Assembly: GCA_963664115.2 (NCBI GenBank)
Contig: CAXWPJ010000002.1
Span: 448,001-512,000, forward strand
Reading direction: 5' to 3'
Origin: Terriglobia bacterium
GTDB taxonomy: Bacteria; Acidobacteriota; Terriglobia; 20CM-2-55-15
DNA: 64,000 nucleotides
The notes below the pieces were generated by a model. It did no database searches. It had not been told where the DNA came from and saw nothing but the letters and a program-made list of their open reading frames with translations. Below are positions 10,327 to 19,918 of this stretch, piece after piece (the stretch's first letter is position 1; the number at the start of each line of letters is the position of its first letter). A program made the position numbers and the translations under genes.

Positions 10327-11073
10327 ATGCGTAATTTGATTAAGCGAGTAGCACGAAGGATTTACTCCGGTAGCACCTCGGCCGACTACCGGATCCTCCA
10401 GGGGCCGCCTTCCGCAGGCGACATGCACGGCTGGAGGGACGACGAAGTGGCGCGGCGACAACAGGAAGCTTTCGCACCACTGTTGCTGGAAATGCGGTCG
10501 AAGAAGCTGAGAGAAGACTTCGCAGCGCTCGCCGAGGCGATCCGGCTCACTGGGATCGCAGATCCCCACACCCTCGAAGTCGGGTGCGGCGGCGGCTGGA
10601 ACTTGGAGGTTCTCGAATATGTTCTGCGGCGGCCCGTGCGGTATATCGGTGTGGATTATTCGATCGCGATGATCCACTCGGCCCAGCAGAGCTATCCCCA
10701 GCGACCCTTCGTCGCCGCTGACGCCTATGCCCTTCCGTTTGCGGACGGCAGTTTTGATGTGGTCGTTTCAGGTACCGTCCTAATTCACCTTCCGGACTAC
10801 GAAAGGTCGATACGAGAATGCAGACGCGTGTCCAGCTCATGTTGTGTCTTCCATACCGTGACTGTCGCTGCCACGCACCCCACGACATTTTTGTCCAAAA
10901 GGGCATACGGCAGACCTGTCGCCGAAGTCGTGTTTAATGAGGCACATCTCCTGGAATGTTTGGAACGTTGCGGACTGCGCGTCCGGCACGCTTTACCGAG
11001 TATCGAGTATGATTTGCGCGAGGTCATCGGCGAAAGGACAACAACGCGAACTTACGTGTGTGATCTCCAATGA
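10327..11073 (+). CDS. Class I SAM-dependent methyltransferase
   Basis: LEVGCGGG, GVDYS, ALPFADGSFDVV; alternative start 10309. Confidence 0.88.
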   Translation: MRNLIKRVARRIYSGSTSADYRILQGPPSAGDMHGWRDDEVARRQQEAFAPLLLEMRSKKLREDFAALAEAIRLTGIADPHTLEVGCGGGWNLEVLEYVLRRPVRYIGVDYSIAMIHSAQQSYPQRPFVAADAYALPFADGSFDVVVSGTVLIHLPDYERSIRECRRVSSSCCVFHTVTVAATHPTTFLSKRAYGRPVAEVVFNEAHLLECLERCGLRVRHALPSIEYDLREVIGERTTTRTYVCDLQ

Positions 11074-11900
11074 AGTTGTATCTCAACCTGGGCTGCGGCC
11101 ATCGATGTCATCCCGCATGGACCAACATCGACATCGTGCCACGTCGGCCGGGAGTCATTCAGCACGACTTGAGCCGCGGGATTCCCTTCGCGGACGCATA
11201 TTGTGACGTCGTCTATCACTCTGCCGCTCTCGAACACATGAGACGGGCAGATGCGAAAGCGTTTCTTCGAGAGTGTTGCCGCGTCTTGAAGCCTGGAGGG
11301 ATTATTCGAGTTGCTGTGCCTGACCTGGAAAGAATCTGCCGCTTGTATCTCAAGAAACTGGAGGCGGCTGCGAATGGTGATGTGGCAGCGGCCTGGGACT
11401 ACGAGTGGCTTCTGCTGGAACTCTATGATCAGTCCGTCCGGGAGCGGACCGGTGGTGACATGCTCGCGTACATGCGACAGCATCCGCTACCCAACGAAAC
11501 TTTTGTTCTCGAGCGCGTCGGTGAGGAGGGCCGCGAATTGATGCATTTCCTCGGCCAGAGCTCATCGGACAACGCGTTGCGCCGGGCCGGGCGATTGGGC
11601 AAGCGGTTCCTTGCAGGTGTCCAGCAGTGGATTGTCGCTTCCGTCGCCGGACCGAAAACAGCGCGTGCGCTGGAGATCGGGCGGTTCCGCCTGTCTGGGG
11701 AAGTACACCATTGGATGTACGACCGCTATTCCCTCGCGCAGACTCTGATTTCGGCGGGATACCACCAGCCCATACTTCAGACCGCGGTCAGCAGCCAGAT
11801 CCCGAACTGGCCCAGCTACAACCTGGACACTCTTCCGGATGGAACCGTTATCAAACCCGACTTACTCTACATGGAAGCGCGAAAGCCCGAAACCCGATGA
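11070..11900 (+). CDS. SAM-dependent methyltransferase (type 11, glycan-cluster type)
   Basis: LNLGCG, HDLSRGIPF, LEH, RVLKPGGIIRVAVPDLE. Confidence 0.88.
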   Translation: MKLYLNLGCGHRCHPAWTNIDIVPRRPGVIQHDLSRGIPFADAYCDVVYHSAALEHMRRADAKAFLRECCRVLKPGGIIRVAVPDLERICRLYLKKLEAAANGDVAAAWDYEWLLLELYDQSVRERTGGDMLAYMRQHPLPNETFVLERVGEEGRELMHFLGQSSSDNALRRAGRLGKRFLAGVQQWIVASVAGPKTARALEIGRFRLSGEVHHWMYDRYSLAQTLISAGYHQPILQTAVSSQIPNWPSYNLDTLPDGTVIKPDLLYMEARKPETR

Positions 11901-12016
11901 GTGCCGACAGTAGCCATGCCTCAGAATAATAATCCCGTGGCTCGGTCAGCCTCAGTTCGAAACGATCCAACAATCAGTCAAGGCACCACGGCACTGAAGC
12001 TCGATCTGTAGAAATT

Positions 12017-13000
12017 ATGAACGACGCATTCAGCAAGAAACGGGTCATCATCACAGGAGGACTTGGTTTTATCGGCTCCGCGCTGGCGAGAAGGCTCGTC
12101 GAACTCGGCGCGGACGTAGCAGTTGTAGATAGCCTGGTCCCGGAATACGGCGGCAATCGCTTCAACGTTTCCGGGCTCGAAGATGCATTGCGCGTCAACA
12201 TCTCTGACGTACGGGACGAGCACAGCATGAGTCACTTGATTCAAAGGCAGGATTACCTGTTCAATCTTGCGGGCCAGACTAGCCACCTGGACTCGATGCG
12301 CGACCCCTATACCGACCTGGATATCAATTGCCGCGCCCAGCTGTCAATCCTTGAGGCCTGCCGAAAGCACAATCCCGGGATCAAGATTGTATTCGCCAGC
12401 ACCCGCCAGTTTTATGGACGCCCAGACTATTTGCCAGTAGATGAACGCCATCTGCTGCGGCCAGTCGACGTGAACGGCGTCAACAAGATGGCCGGCGAGT
12501 GGTTCCATATCCTTTACAACAACGTCTACGGCATTCGCTCGTGCGCGTTGCGTCTCACCAACACGATCGGTCCCAGGATGAGAATAAAGGACGCGCGCCA
12601 AACATTTCTGGGTGTTTGGGTGCGCCTTTTGCTAGAAGGAAAACCGTTTGAAGTCTGGGGTGGCGAGCAGCTTCGCGATTTCACTTTCGTCGACGACGCG
12701 GTGGACGCGTTTCTTATGGCGGCAGCGAGCGAGCAATCGAACGGCGAGGTTTTCAATCTCGGTGGCGACCGGTTCGTCAGCCTCAAGCAATTAGCCAACT
12801 TACTAGTCGAAGTTAATGAGGGTGGCCACTTCACGGTTCGCCCTTATCCGGCCGAACGGAAATCCATTGATATCGGGGATTACTACGCGGATTTTTCCCG
12901 CATACAATCTGTTCTCGGATGGAAGCCGCGCGTTCACCTGCCCGAAGCACTCAAACGAACGCTGGCCTTCTATCGCCAGCACCTGGACCAATATCTGTGA
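12017..13000 (+). CDS. NAD-dependent epimerase/dehydratase
   Basis: ITGGLGFIGS Rossmann motif, NLAGQTSH, RLTNTIGPRM, RDFTFVDD. Confidence 0.9.
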   Translation: MNDAFSKKRVIITGGLGFIGSALARRLVELGADVAVVDSLVPEYGGNRFNVSGLEDALRVNISDVRDEHSMSHLIQRQDYLFNLAGQTSHLDSMRDPYTDLDINCRAQLSILEACRKHNPGIKIVFASTRQFYGRPDYLPVDERHLLRPVDVNGVNKMAGEWFHILYNNVYGIRSCALRLTNTIGPRMRIKDARQTFLGVWVRLLLEGKPFEVWGGEQLRDFTFVDDAVDAFLMAAASEQSNGEVFNLGGDRFVSLKQLANLLVEVNEGGHFTVRPYPAERKSIDIGDYYADFSRIQSVLGWKPRVHLPEALKRTLAFYRQHLDQYL

Positions 13001-14133
13001 GTCCACAACGCCCCTCCAATCAACCGGCCGTTCCGCTCGCTGACCCGAAGCGCGGCTACCGGGTATTGAAACAAGAAATCGACGACGCGGTCCGCAAGGT
13101 GCTTGACAGTGGAAGTTACATCCTAGGTGAGGAGGTATCGGCGTTCGAGCGTGAGTTCGCAACATATATTGGTGTGCAGCGTGCCATCGGCGTGGGCAGC
13201 GGCACCGACGCCTTGCATTTGGCTCTTAGAACTAGCGATATCGGGCCGGGTGATGCCGTCATTACAGCGTCCCATACCGCTGTCGCCACAGTGGCTGCCA
13301 TCGAACTCACCGGCGCCACACCAATCCTGGTCGATATCGATCCAGATACATTCACGATGGATCCATCACGACTGAAACTAGCGATCGCCGCGCACTCGAA
13401 CGTCCGGGCTGTCATCCCTGTCCATTTGTATGGACACCCGGCCGATATGCCGGCGATCATGAGTGTGGCCGGCGACCGCAGCCTGATCGTGATCGAAGAC
13501 TGCGCCCAAGCGCACGGAGCGTCGATAGGCGGCCGCAAGACCGGAAGCTGGGGACATATGGCCGCCTTCAGCTTCTATCCCACCAAGAACATCGGCGCTC
13601 TGGGTGACGGAGGCGCGCTGGTGACGAACGACGACGCGCTTGCTGAACGTGCCGAACTTCTCCGCCAGTACGGCTGGCACACCCGATATGTCAGTGATAT
13701 CGCCGGTTTGAACTCCCGGCTTGACGAAATTCAGGCTGCTATTCTGAGAATCAAACTCCGGAATCTCGACCGAGAGAACTCGAAGCGACAAGAGCTTGCG
13801 TCCATTTATGACGCCGCGTTTTCATCACGCAATCTGTGTATACCCATTGTCAGGCCGGATGTCAGACACGCATATCATCAGTACACGCTTCAGCTTCCGG
13901 AGCGCGACCAGTGCCGGGACCGTCTCGAGGTGAACGGAATCCAAACCGCGATCCTCTATCCGAAACCCGTGCATCTTCAGCCAGCCTACCGCGACCGCTT
14001 GCAGTCCGGCCCCGGGTTGCTGAGACATTCCGAGCGTATCTGCACCGAAATACTCTCGATTCCAATGCACCCATATCTGACTGAAAACGAAATCGTACGC
14101 GTGGTCAACGCTGTCATCTCAGCAACACAATGA
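12997..14133 (+). CDS. DegT/DnrJ/EryC1/StrS aminotransferase (FdtB/WecE-like)
   Basis: GTG 12997 overlapping upstream TGA; PVHLYGHPADM, EDCAQAHGA, FSFYPTKNIGALGDGG, NSRLDEIQAA. Confidence 0.92.
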   Translation: MSPQRPSNQPAVPLADPKRGYRVLKQEIDDAVRKVLDSGSYILGEEVSAFEREFATYIGVQRAIGVGSGTDALHLALRTSDIGPGDAVITASHTAVATVAAIELTGATPILVDIDPDTFTMDPSRLKLAIAAHSNVRAVIPVHLYGHPADMPAIMSVAGDRSLIVIEDCAQAHGASIGGRKTGSWGHMAAFSFYPTKNIGALGDGGALVTNDDALAERAELLRQYGWHTRYVSDIAGLNSRLDEIQAAILRIKLRNLDRENSKRQELASIYDAAFSSRNLCIPIVRPDVRHAYHQYTLQLPERDQCRDRLEVNGIQTAILYPKPVHLQPAYRDRLQSGPGLLRHSERICTEILSIPMHPYLTENEIVRVVNAVISATQ

Positions 14134-15149
14134 GACGGGACTTCTGTACTTATTTCGATCATCGTTACTTGGCCCGCGGCTTGGCGATGTATCGATCATT
14201 GAAACGGAACTGTCCCTCAATTCGGTTGTGGGTCTTGTGCCTCAGCACGGATGCTCACCGCGCATTGACGGACCTTTCGCTACCAGACATCATCCCGATT
14301 CGGCTCGAAGACTTCGAACGTGGGGATCACGAACTCCTGCAGGCTAAATCAAACCGGAGCCTTGTGGAGTACTACTTTACATGTACGCCTTCCCTGCCGC
14401 TCTATGTGCTCCAAAACTCGCCCGACGTCGACTTGATCACGTACCTCGATTCCGACCTGTACTTCTTCAACAGCCCAGAGCCGATTTTTGATGAGTTGGG
14501 AAGTAATTCGATTGCAATCATCGCACACCGGTTCGCTCCCGATATACGCTGGATGGAGTGCACGGGCGCTTACAACGTCGGTTGGCTGAGCTTCCGCCGA
14601 GGTAATATAGGCACGGAATGCCTGACATGGTGGCGAAAACGGTGCCTGGAATGGTGCCGCGACTATGTTGAAGAAGATCGATATGCCGATCAGAAATATC
14701 TCGACCGGTTCCCGGAGCTCTTTTCGGGTGTCCGCGTCATCCAACACAAAGGCGCAAACCTCGCGGCCTGGAACCTGAAGCACTATCGACTGCACGAACG
14801 CAACGGAGCAGTCCACGTAGACGACGATCCGGTAATTTTCTACCACTTTCAGGGATTTCGGCGGATCGCACCCGGCGTCATTGATCCCGGGGTTCGCCAA
14901 TACGGGGTTCGGGTTTCACGATTGATGGAGTCGAAGCTGTTTCGCCCATACCTTCAGGCACTCCGCGAAGGTCAGCGGATGGTACCGTCGTTGAATAAAG
15001 CAACCGGTGCCATCCCCGGGCTGTACCGAAAACTGAGTCCCACCGAGAAAGGCCGTGACGAAATCAATTCAACTCGCCGAATGGTACAGACAGTCGCTGC
15101 ATATGTGCGCCTCTTCACCCGCCACACCCTACTTTCACCGGGCCGGTGA
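14130..15149 (+). CDS. Putative GT-A glycosyltransferase (nucleotide-diphospho-sugar transferase-like)
   Basis: FCTYFDHRYLARGL, TYLDSDLYFF (DxD), YNVGWLSF, DQKYLD, FYHF. Confidence 0.75.
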   Translation: MRRDFCTYFDHRYLARGLAMYRSLKRNCPSIRLWVLCLSTDAHRALTDLSLPDIIPIRLEDFERGDHELLQAKSNRSLVEYYFTCTPSLPLYVLQNSPDVDLITYLDSDLYFFNSPEPIFDELGSNSIAIIAHRFAPDIRWMECTGAYNVGWLSFRRGNIGTECLTWWRKRCLEWCRDYVEEDRYADQKYLDRFPELFSGVRVIQHKGANLAAWNLKHYRLHERNGAVHVDDDPVIFYHFQGFRRIAPGVIDPGVRQYGVRVSRLMESKLFRPYLQALREGQRMVPSLNKATGAIPGLYRKLSPTEKGRDEINSTRRMVQTVAAYVRLFTRHTLLSPGR

Positions 15150-15312
15150 AAATAGGTTTCTAAACGTCTGTCGCAATCTCAAAATTGTTATCCTGCGCAT
15201 CCGCTATTGAAAGGTTTACGCTGCATTTTTTGAGGCATTATCGGCTGACGCGCGGATCTATAGAATGATCGAATGTTTGAATCCTCATGCCCCCATTGTA
15301 TTCTGACCCTGA

Positions 15313-16479
15313 ATGTCATTGACTCAAAAGAGGGTTAAGGTTTTCCACCTGATCACGAAGCTCGAACTGGGCGGCGCGCAGAAGGTCACTCTGATGACTC
15401 TGGAACGGCTGCCGCGCGATCAGTACGCCCCGGCTCTGGTGACCGGACCCGAGGGCTTGCTTCGGGAAAACGCGGAGCGGATTCCCGACCTTATGCGCGT
15501 TTGGATTCCGAATCTTGTCCGCGAAGTGAGTCCGATCCGCGATTTGGGCGCGTTCATCCAGTTGTGGAAACTGTTCCGTCGCGAGCGTCCGGAAATTGTC
15601 CACACCCATAGCTCGAAGGCGGGCATCCTTGGACGGTGGGCCGCGTGGCTGGCGCGTGTCCCCATCATCTTCCATACGGCGCACGGATTCGGCTTCAATG
15701 ATTATCAGAACTGGATGGGGCGTACCTTTTATATCTGGCTTGAACGGATCACGCGACTTATCACGACCAAGCCCGTCGTAGTGTCGAAGGCCAATGCCGC
15801 ACGAGCCGAAGCGCTGGGGGTCATTCGACCGGGCGAATGGTTGCTTTGCCGCGACGCGATCGACATTGACACGTTCCTCGCTCCCGGACCCCGCCGCGAA
15901 CAACTCGCCACCTGGGGTGTACCTCCGGATCGGGTCGTCATAGGCATGGTCGCGTGCTTCAAGCCCCAGAAAGCGCCGGTCGACTTTATCGATATGGCTG
16001 CGCGCGTGCTCCGGGAGCGTGGGAACGTCCATTTTGTCATGGTGGGCGATGGCGAGCTGCGATCAGAAGTGGAAGCCCGAATCGTCAAGCACGGCATCGG
16101 CTCCAACATAACTTTGCTCGGATGGCAGACAGCAATGCCTGAAATCTACCGCAACCTGGACATTTTCGTCCTCACTTCGCTGTGGGAAGGCCAGCCATGC
16201 GTTTTCGCCGAAGCGATGGCCAGTGGGCTGCCCGTGGTGGCGACCGCCGCGGACGGCGCGCACGAAGCCGTGATCGACGGCCGGACCGGTTATTTGCATA
16301 AACCTCACGCCATAGAAGGCCTGGCCCGGTCGGTCCTGTGGCTTGCTGCCGACCCGGAGCTTCGGCGGACCATGGGCGAAGCCGGCCGCGAGCGCGTGAG
16401 AGAATTCGACATCGACGTGTCAGTATCGCAGCTGGAATCCAGCTATCGGGACTGCCTAGCCGAGTGGCGCAGACACTGA
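15313..16479 (+). CDS. Glycosyltransferase family 4
   Basis: GGAQK, VHTHSSKAG, SLWEGQPCVFAEAMASGLPVV. Confidence 0.93.
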   Translation: MSLTQKRVKVFHLITKLELGGAQKVTLMTLERLPRDQYAPALVTGPEGLLRENAERIPDLMRVWIPNLVREVSPIRDLGAFIQLWKLFRRERPEIVHTHSSKAGILGRWAAWLARVPIIFHTAHGFGFNDYQNWMGRTFYIWLERITRLITTKPVVVSKANAARAEALGVIRPGEWLLCRDAIDIDTFLAPGPRREQLATWGVPPDRVVIGMVACFKPQKAPVDFIDMAARVLRERGNVHFVMVGDGELRSEVEARIVKHGIGSNITLLGWQTAMPEIYRNLDIFVLTSLWEGQPCVFAEAMASGLPVVATAADGAHEAVIDGRTGYLHKPHAIEGLARSVLWLAADPELRRTMGEAGRERVREFDIDVSVSQLESSYRDCLAEWRRH

Positions 16480-16525
16480 TCGATTACGAGCCACCCGGCC
16501 TCGTACACAGTTCGAGGGATTGCTC

Positions 16526-17476
16526 ATGCGATCGCCAATTATAGTGAACCTACCGACCTCGGATCAGAAGTCGGGCTGGCCGTGGACTGCAGAAGGTTTC
16601 CGGCCTTCAGATGTGCGATCCGACGATTCGCCGTGGCCCTCAATCACTGTCGTGACACCTTCCTACAACCAAGCGGCATTCTTGGAAGAAACGATGCGCT
16701 CGGTGCTGCTCCAAGCGTACCCCAACCTTAAATATGTGGTCGTCGACGGCGGATCCACCGACGGCAGTATCGACATCATCAGGAAATACGAATCCAACCT
16801 GAGCCGATGGATCAGCGAGAACGATCAAGGCGCGGCTGACGCGATCAGAAAGGGGTTTTCAGGTTCAAACTCGGATATTCTCGGCTGGCTGAACGCGGAC
16901 GACCTGTATCTTCCGGACACCCTATTTAGAGTCGCAGCGGGATTCAAAGAAGGTGTCGACGTCGTCTACGGAAACACTTACTGGATCGATTCCACCGGGC
17001 GGCGGCTGGGTGAGAGAAGACAGACGCCGTTCATGAGCATGGGGTACCTGTATGGGGGGGCCGACCTCCAGCAGCCTGCGACGTTCTGGCGCAGAGCACT
17101 ATTCGAAGAGTGTGGCGGAATGGATCCGACCTTTTCTTTTGCTTTCGATACGGACTTGTTCTGCCGTTTCGCCGCACGGGGCGCGAGGTTCCAACAGATC
17201 CGATCATTCGTCGCGAGTTTCCGAATCCACGAAAAAGCAAAATCCGCGACCGAACAAAAACAATGCGCGATGGACCTCCGCAGGATTCGGAAATCGCATC
17301 TCAGTTATTCATTTAATTCGCTGCCCTCTATCTCGATTCGAGCAATCGCTCGAGCTCGTCGATTCTTATGGTATGTCTGGCAAGGTGATCTGTTCTGGCT
17401 TCTGGGCAGGATTCCCGACCGGATCCGGAGCCGGCATTCTCAAGAAATCGTCGGTCCAAAGTCGAAATCCCTGTAG
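16526..17476 (+). CDS. Glycosyltransferase family 2
   Basis: GWPW N-terminal motif, VTPSYNQ, VVDGGSTD, WLNADD. Confidence 0.92.
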   Translation: MRSPIIVNLPTSDQKSGWPWTAEGFRPSDVRSDDSPWPSITVVTPSYNQAAFLEETMRSVLLQAYPNLKYVVVDGGSTDGSIDIIRKYESNLSRWISENDQGAADAIRKGFSGSNSDILGWLNADDLYLPDTLFRVAAGFKEGVDVVYGNTYWIDSTGRRLGERRQTPFMSMGYLYGGADLQQPATFWRRALFEECGGMDPTFSFAFDTDLFCRFAARGARFQQIRSFVASFRIHEKAKSATEQKQCAMDLRRIRKSHLSYSFNSLPSISIRAIARARRFLWYVWQGDLFWLLGRIPDRIRSRHSQEIVGPKSKSL

Positions 17477-17499
17477 CGAAAAGAAGACTTATCGCTGAT

Positions 17500-17525
17500 T
17501 TCAGGGTATGGCCTGAATATATAAT
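17500..17525 (+). promoter_or_regulatory. Possible internal promoter (TATAAT -10) preceded by a short palindrome
   Basis: TTCAGG-N6-CCTGAA at 17500-17517 then TATAAT at 17520-17525, upstream of wecA; no good -35. Confidence 0.3.
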
Positions 17526-17609
17526 CGGCAACAATAGTTTCGATCATAAGGAAGGACGCAGGCGTGGGAGCGGAATGACCTTGAGAGTTGATGATCGGCG
17601 GTCGATCAG

Positions 17610-18602
17610 ATGATGTATCTGGTCGGATTCGTGCTGAGTGTGGTATTTGCGTTCTGCTGGACTCCGCTGATGCGACGCGCCGCACTGCAGCTGGGACTCG
17701 TCGATCAGCCGGACGGAAACCTCAAAAACCATCCCGAAGCGGTCCCCTACCTCGGGGGCTTGGCAATATACGCCGCTTTTCTGTTGACTGCCGGAGTGGT
17801 AACCGACTTCCAACAAGAAACCCTCGGACTGCTTCTGTCCGGAAGTATCGTGTTACTGGTCGGACTGATCGATGATTTCGGTGTCCTTACTCCGTCCCAG
17901 AAACTTCTCGGTCAGACCCTTGCGGCTCTGGTACTGGTTCGTTCCGGCACTTACATCCGACTGGAATTCTTGCCCTGGTACGTAGCGATTTTGCTGACTG
18001 TTCTCTGGATCCTTGCAGTAACCAACGCTTTGAACATCATCGACGTGATGGACGGACTGGCCGCAGGCGTGAGTGCGATCGCGGCTTTGACTTTGGCATT
18101 GGCGAACGCAATAGCAGGCAGGAACGCGGTCGCTCTTCTGGCCGTGATCCTCGCTGGCGCCACGCTAGGGTTTCTCAGGCACAATTTTCATCCCGCCAAG
18201 ATATACCTTGGCGATGCGGGCAGCCTGTTCGTCGGATTCATGCTGGCCGCTCTTTCGCTCAATGCGGGATACACACGACACAATTTGCTGGCTCTATTCA
18301 GCCCCATACTGATCCTCGGGTTACCCCTGTTCGATCTGGCACTGGTCAGTTACATCCGCTGGACGAAAGGACGGCACATCATATACGGCAGTCCCGACCA
18401 TTTTGCTCTGCGCTTGCAGCGTTGGAAACTGTCAGTTCCAGAAGTCGTAGCTGTGGCATATGGCGCAGGCATTCTACTGGGTGCGGCTGCACTCATCATG
18501 AGTCAGGTCACTCTAGGCTGGGCGGTGGTCACCTTAGTGGCCGCTCTCTCAGCGGGACTGACTTCAGCCTATCTGCTGATGAAAGTGGATATCGCTTCAT
18601 GA
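17610..18602 (+). CDS. wecA: Undecaprenyl-phosphate GlcNAc-1-phosphate transferase (WecA/TagO, MraY family)
   Basis: PYLGGLAI, GLIDD, NALNIIDVMDGLA, NFHPAKIYLGDAGS; polytopic. Confidence 0.88.
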   Translation: MMYLVGFVLSVVFAFCWTPLMRRAALQLGLVDQPDGNLKNHPEAVPYLGGLAIYAAFLLTAGVVTDFQQETLGLLLSGSIVLLVGLIDDFGVLTPSQKLLGQTLAALVLVRSGTYIRLEFLPWYVAILLTVLWILAVTNALNIIDVMDGLAAGVSAIAALTLALANAIAGRNAVALLAVILAGATLGFLRHNFHPAKIYLGDAGSLFVGFMLAALSLNAGYTRHNLLALFSPILILGLPLFDLALVSYIRWTKGRHIIYGSPDHFALRLQRWKLSVPEVVAVAYGAGILLGAAALIMSQVTLGWAVVTLVAALSAGLTSAYLLMKVDIAS

Positions 18603-19897
18603 AAACGCTAATCATCGGCGGTGGTCTCGCGGGTCTCGGCGCCGGATTTCATCTTGAAGAACTCGAACCCGAAGTCTTCGAAGCAGAAGATACCGTCGGC
18701 GGCATGTGCCGTTCATTCAGGCAGGATGGATTCACTTTTGATGTCACAGGACACTTGTTGCACCTGAAGGACCCGTACACGCGGGCACTCGTCGAACGAT
18801 TGTTGCCCTCACTCTTCCAGCCTCATGAACGCCGCGCAGCTATCTATTCGAAATCAGTCACAACACCGTACCCTTTTCAGGCCAATACTTTTGGATTGCC
18901 AACTGACGTCGTCAAAGCCTGTGTTCTAGGTTTTGTAGAGACTCTGGGTTCGAAGAACCGTAACTCCAGAAACTTCCACGAATGGATTCTAGACACCTTC
19001 GGAACCGGCATCGCCGAACACTTCATGTTGCCGTTTAATGAAAAGTTTTGGAAAAGGGACCTTCGGGAGATAACTGCGGACTGGGTCAGTTGGTCCATTC
19101 CAAAACCCACGGTGGAAGAGGTCGTCAACGGTGCGCTCGGCATCACCAATGAAGGCATGGGCTATAATCCGCGCTTCCTCTATCCGCAGGAGGGTGGCAT
19201 CGACCAGCTGCCTCAGGCGTTGGGCCGCTCCCTCAAGGTACACAACACCCACACTGCGACATTGATCGATGCGAAAAAAGGATATGTCCGCTTCGCAAAC
19301 GGTCGTGAAGAACTGTTCGACTATTTAATTTCGACAATACCGTTACCTCTCACGTTCGAACTTTTAGCGGACTGTCCCGATCAGCTTCGAATGGCAGCCA
19401 AAGGATTACAGGCCGTCTCCGTCTTGAATTTGAACATTGGTGTCAATCGCCCTAATATCAGCGACAAACACTGGATCTACTTTCCAGAAAACCAATTCGT
19501 TTTTAGCCGTGTCGGTTTTCCCACGAATTTCTCGCAAAGCGCCGGCCCACCGGGAACAACGTCGCTCTACATCGAAATCACTCACGATCCGTCCACGATC
19601 CCGAACACGGAACGGGCATTTGAAGAGTCCATGCAGGGCTTGATCGCAGCCGGGTTGCTTCGAACCGAAGATGAAGTGCTGACACGGCACGTAATCGATG
19701 TGCGCCATGCGTATGTCGTATTCGACCGACACCGACAACAGAATCTTGCCCGTCTGATTCAATACCTTGAAACCAATCGGATTTTCACAGCCGGCCGCTA
19801 TGGGCAATGGGATTACTATTCCATGGAAGACTCCATTCTCAGCGGCAAGAAGGCGGCCGAACTCGTCATTCGGGAAAGTCGCTCGTCACTCGCCTGA
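18599..19897 (+). CDS. FAD-dependent oxidoreductase (HemY/UDP-galactopyranose mutase-like)
   Basis: ATG 18599; IIGGGLAGL, VGGMCRS, GFTFDVTGH, GRYGQWDYYSMED. Confidence 0.8.
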   Translation: MKTLIIGGGLAGLGAGFHLEELEPEVFEAEDTVGGMCRSFRQDGFTFDVTGHLLHLKDPYTRALVERLLPSLFQPHERRAAIYSKSVTTPYPFQANTFGLPTDVVKACVLGFVETLGSKNRNSRNFHEWILDTFGTGIAEHFMLPFNEKFWKRDLREITADWVSWSIPKPTVEEVVNGALGITNEGMGYNPRFLYPQEGGIDQLPQALGRSLKVHNTHTATLIDAKKGYVRFANGREELFDYLISTIPLPLTFELLADCPDQLRMAAKGLQAVSVLNLNIGVNRPNISDKHWIYFPENQFVFSRVGFPTNFSQSAGPPGTTSLYIEITHDPSTIPNTERAFEESMQGLIAAGLLRTEDEVLTRHVIDVRHAYVVFDRHRQQNLARLIQYLETNRIFTAGRYGQWDYYSMEDSILSGKKAAELVIRESRSSLA

Positions 19898-19918
19898 ACG
19901 CAAGGCAGGCGCCTAGCG

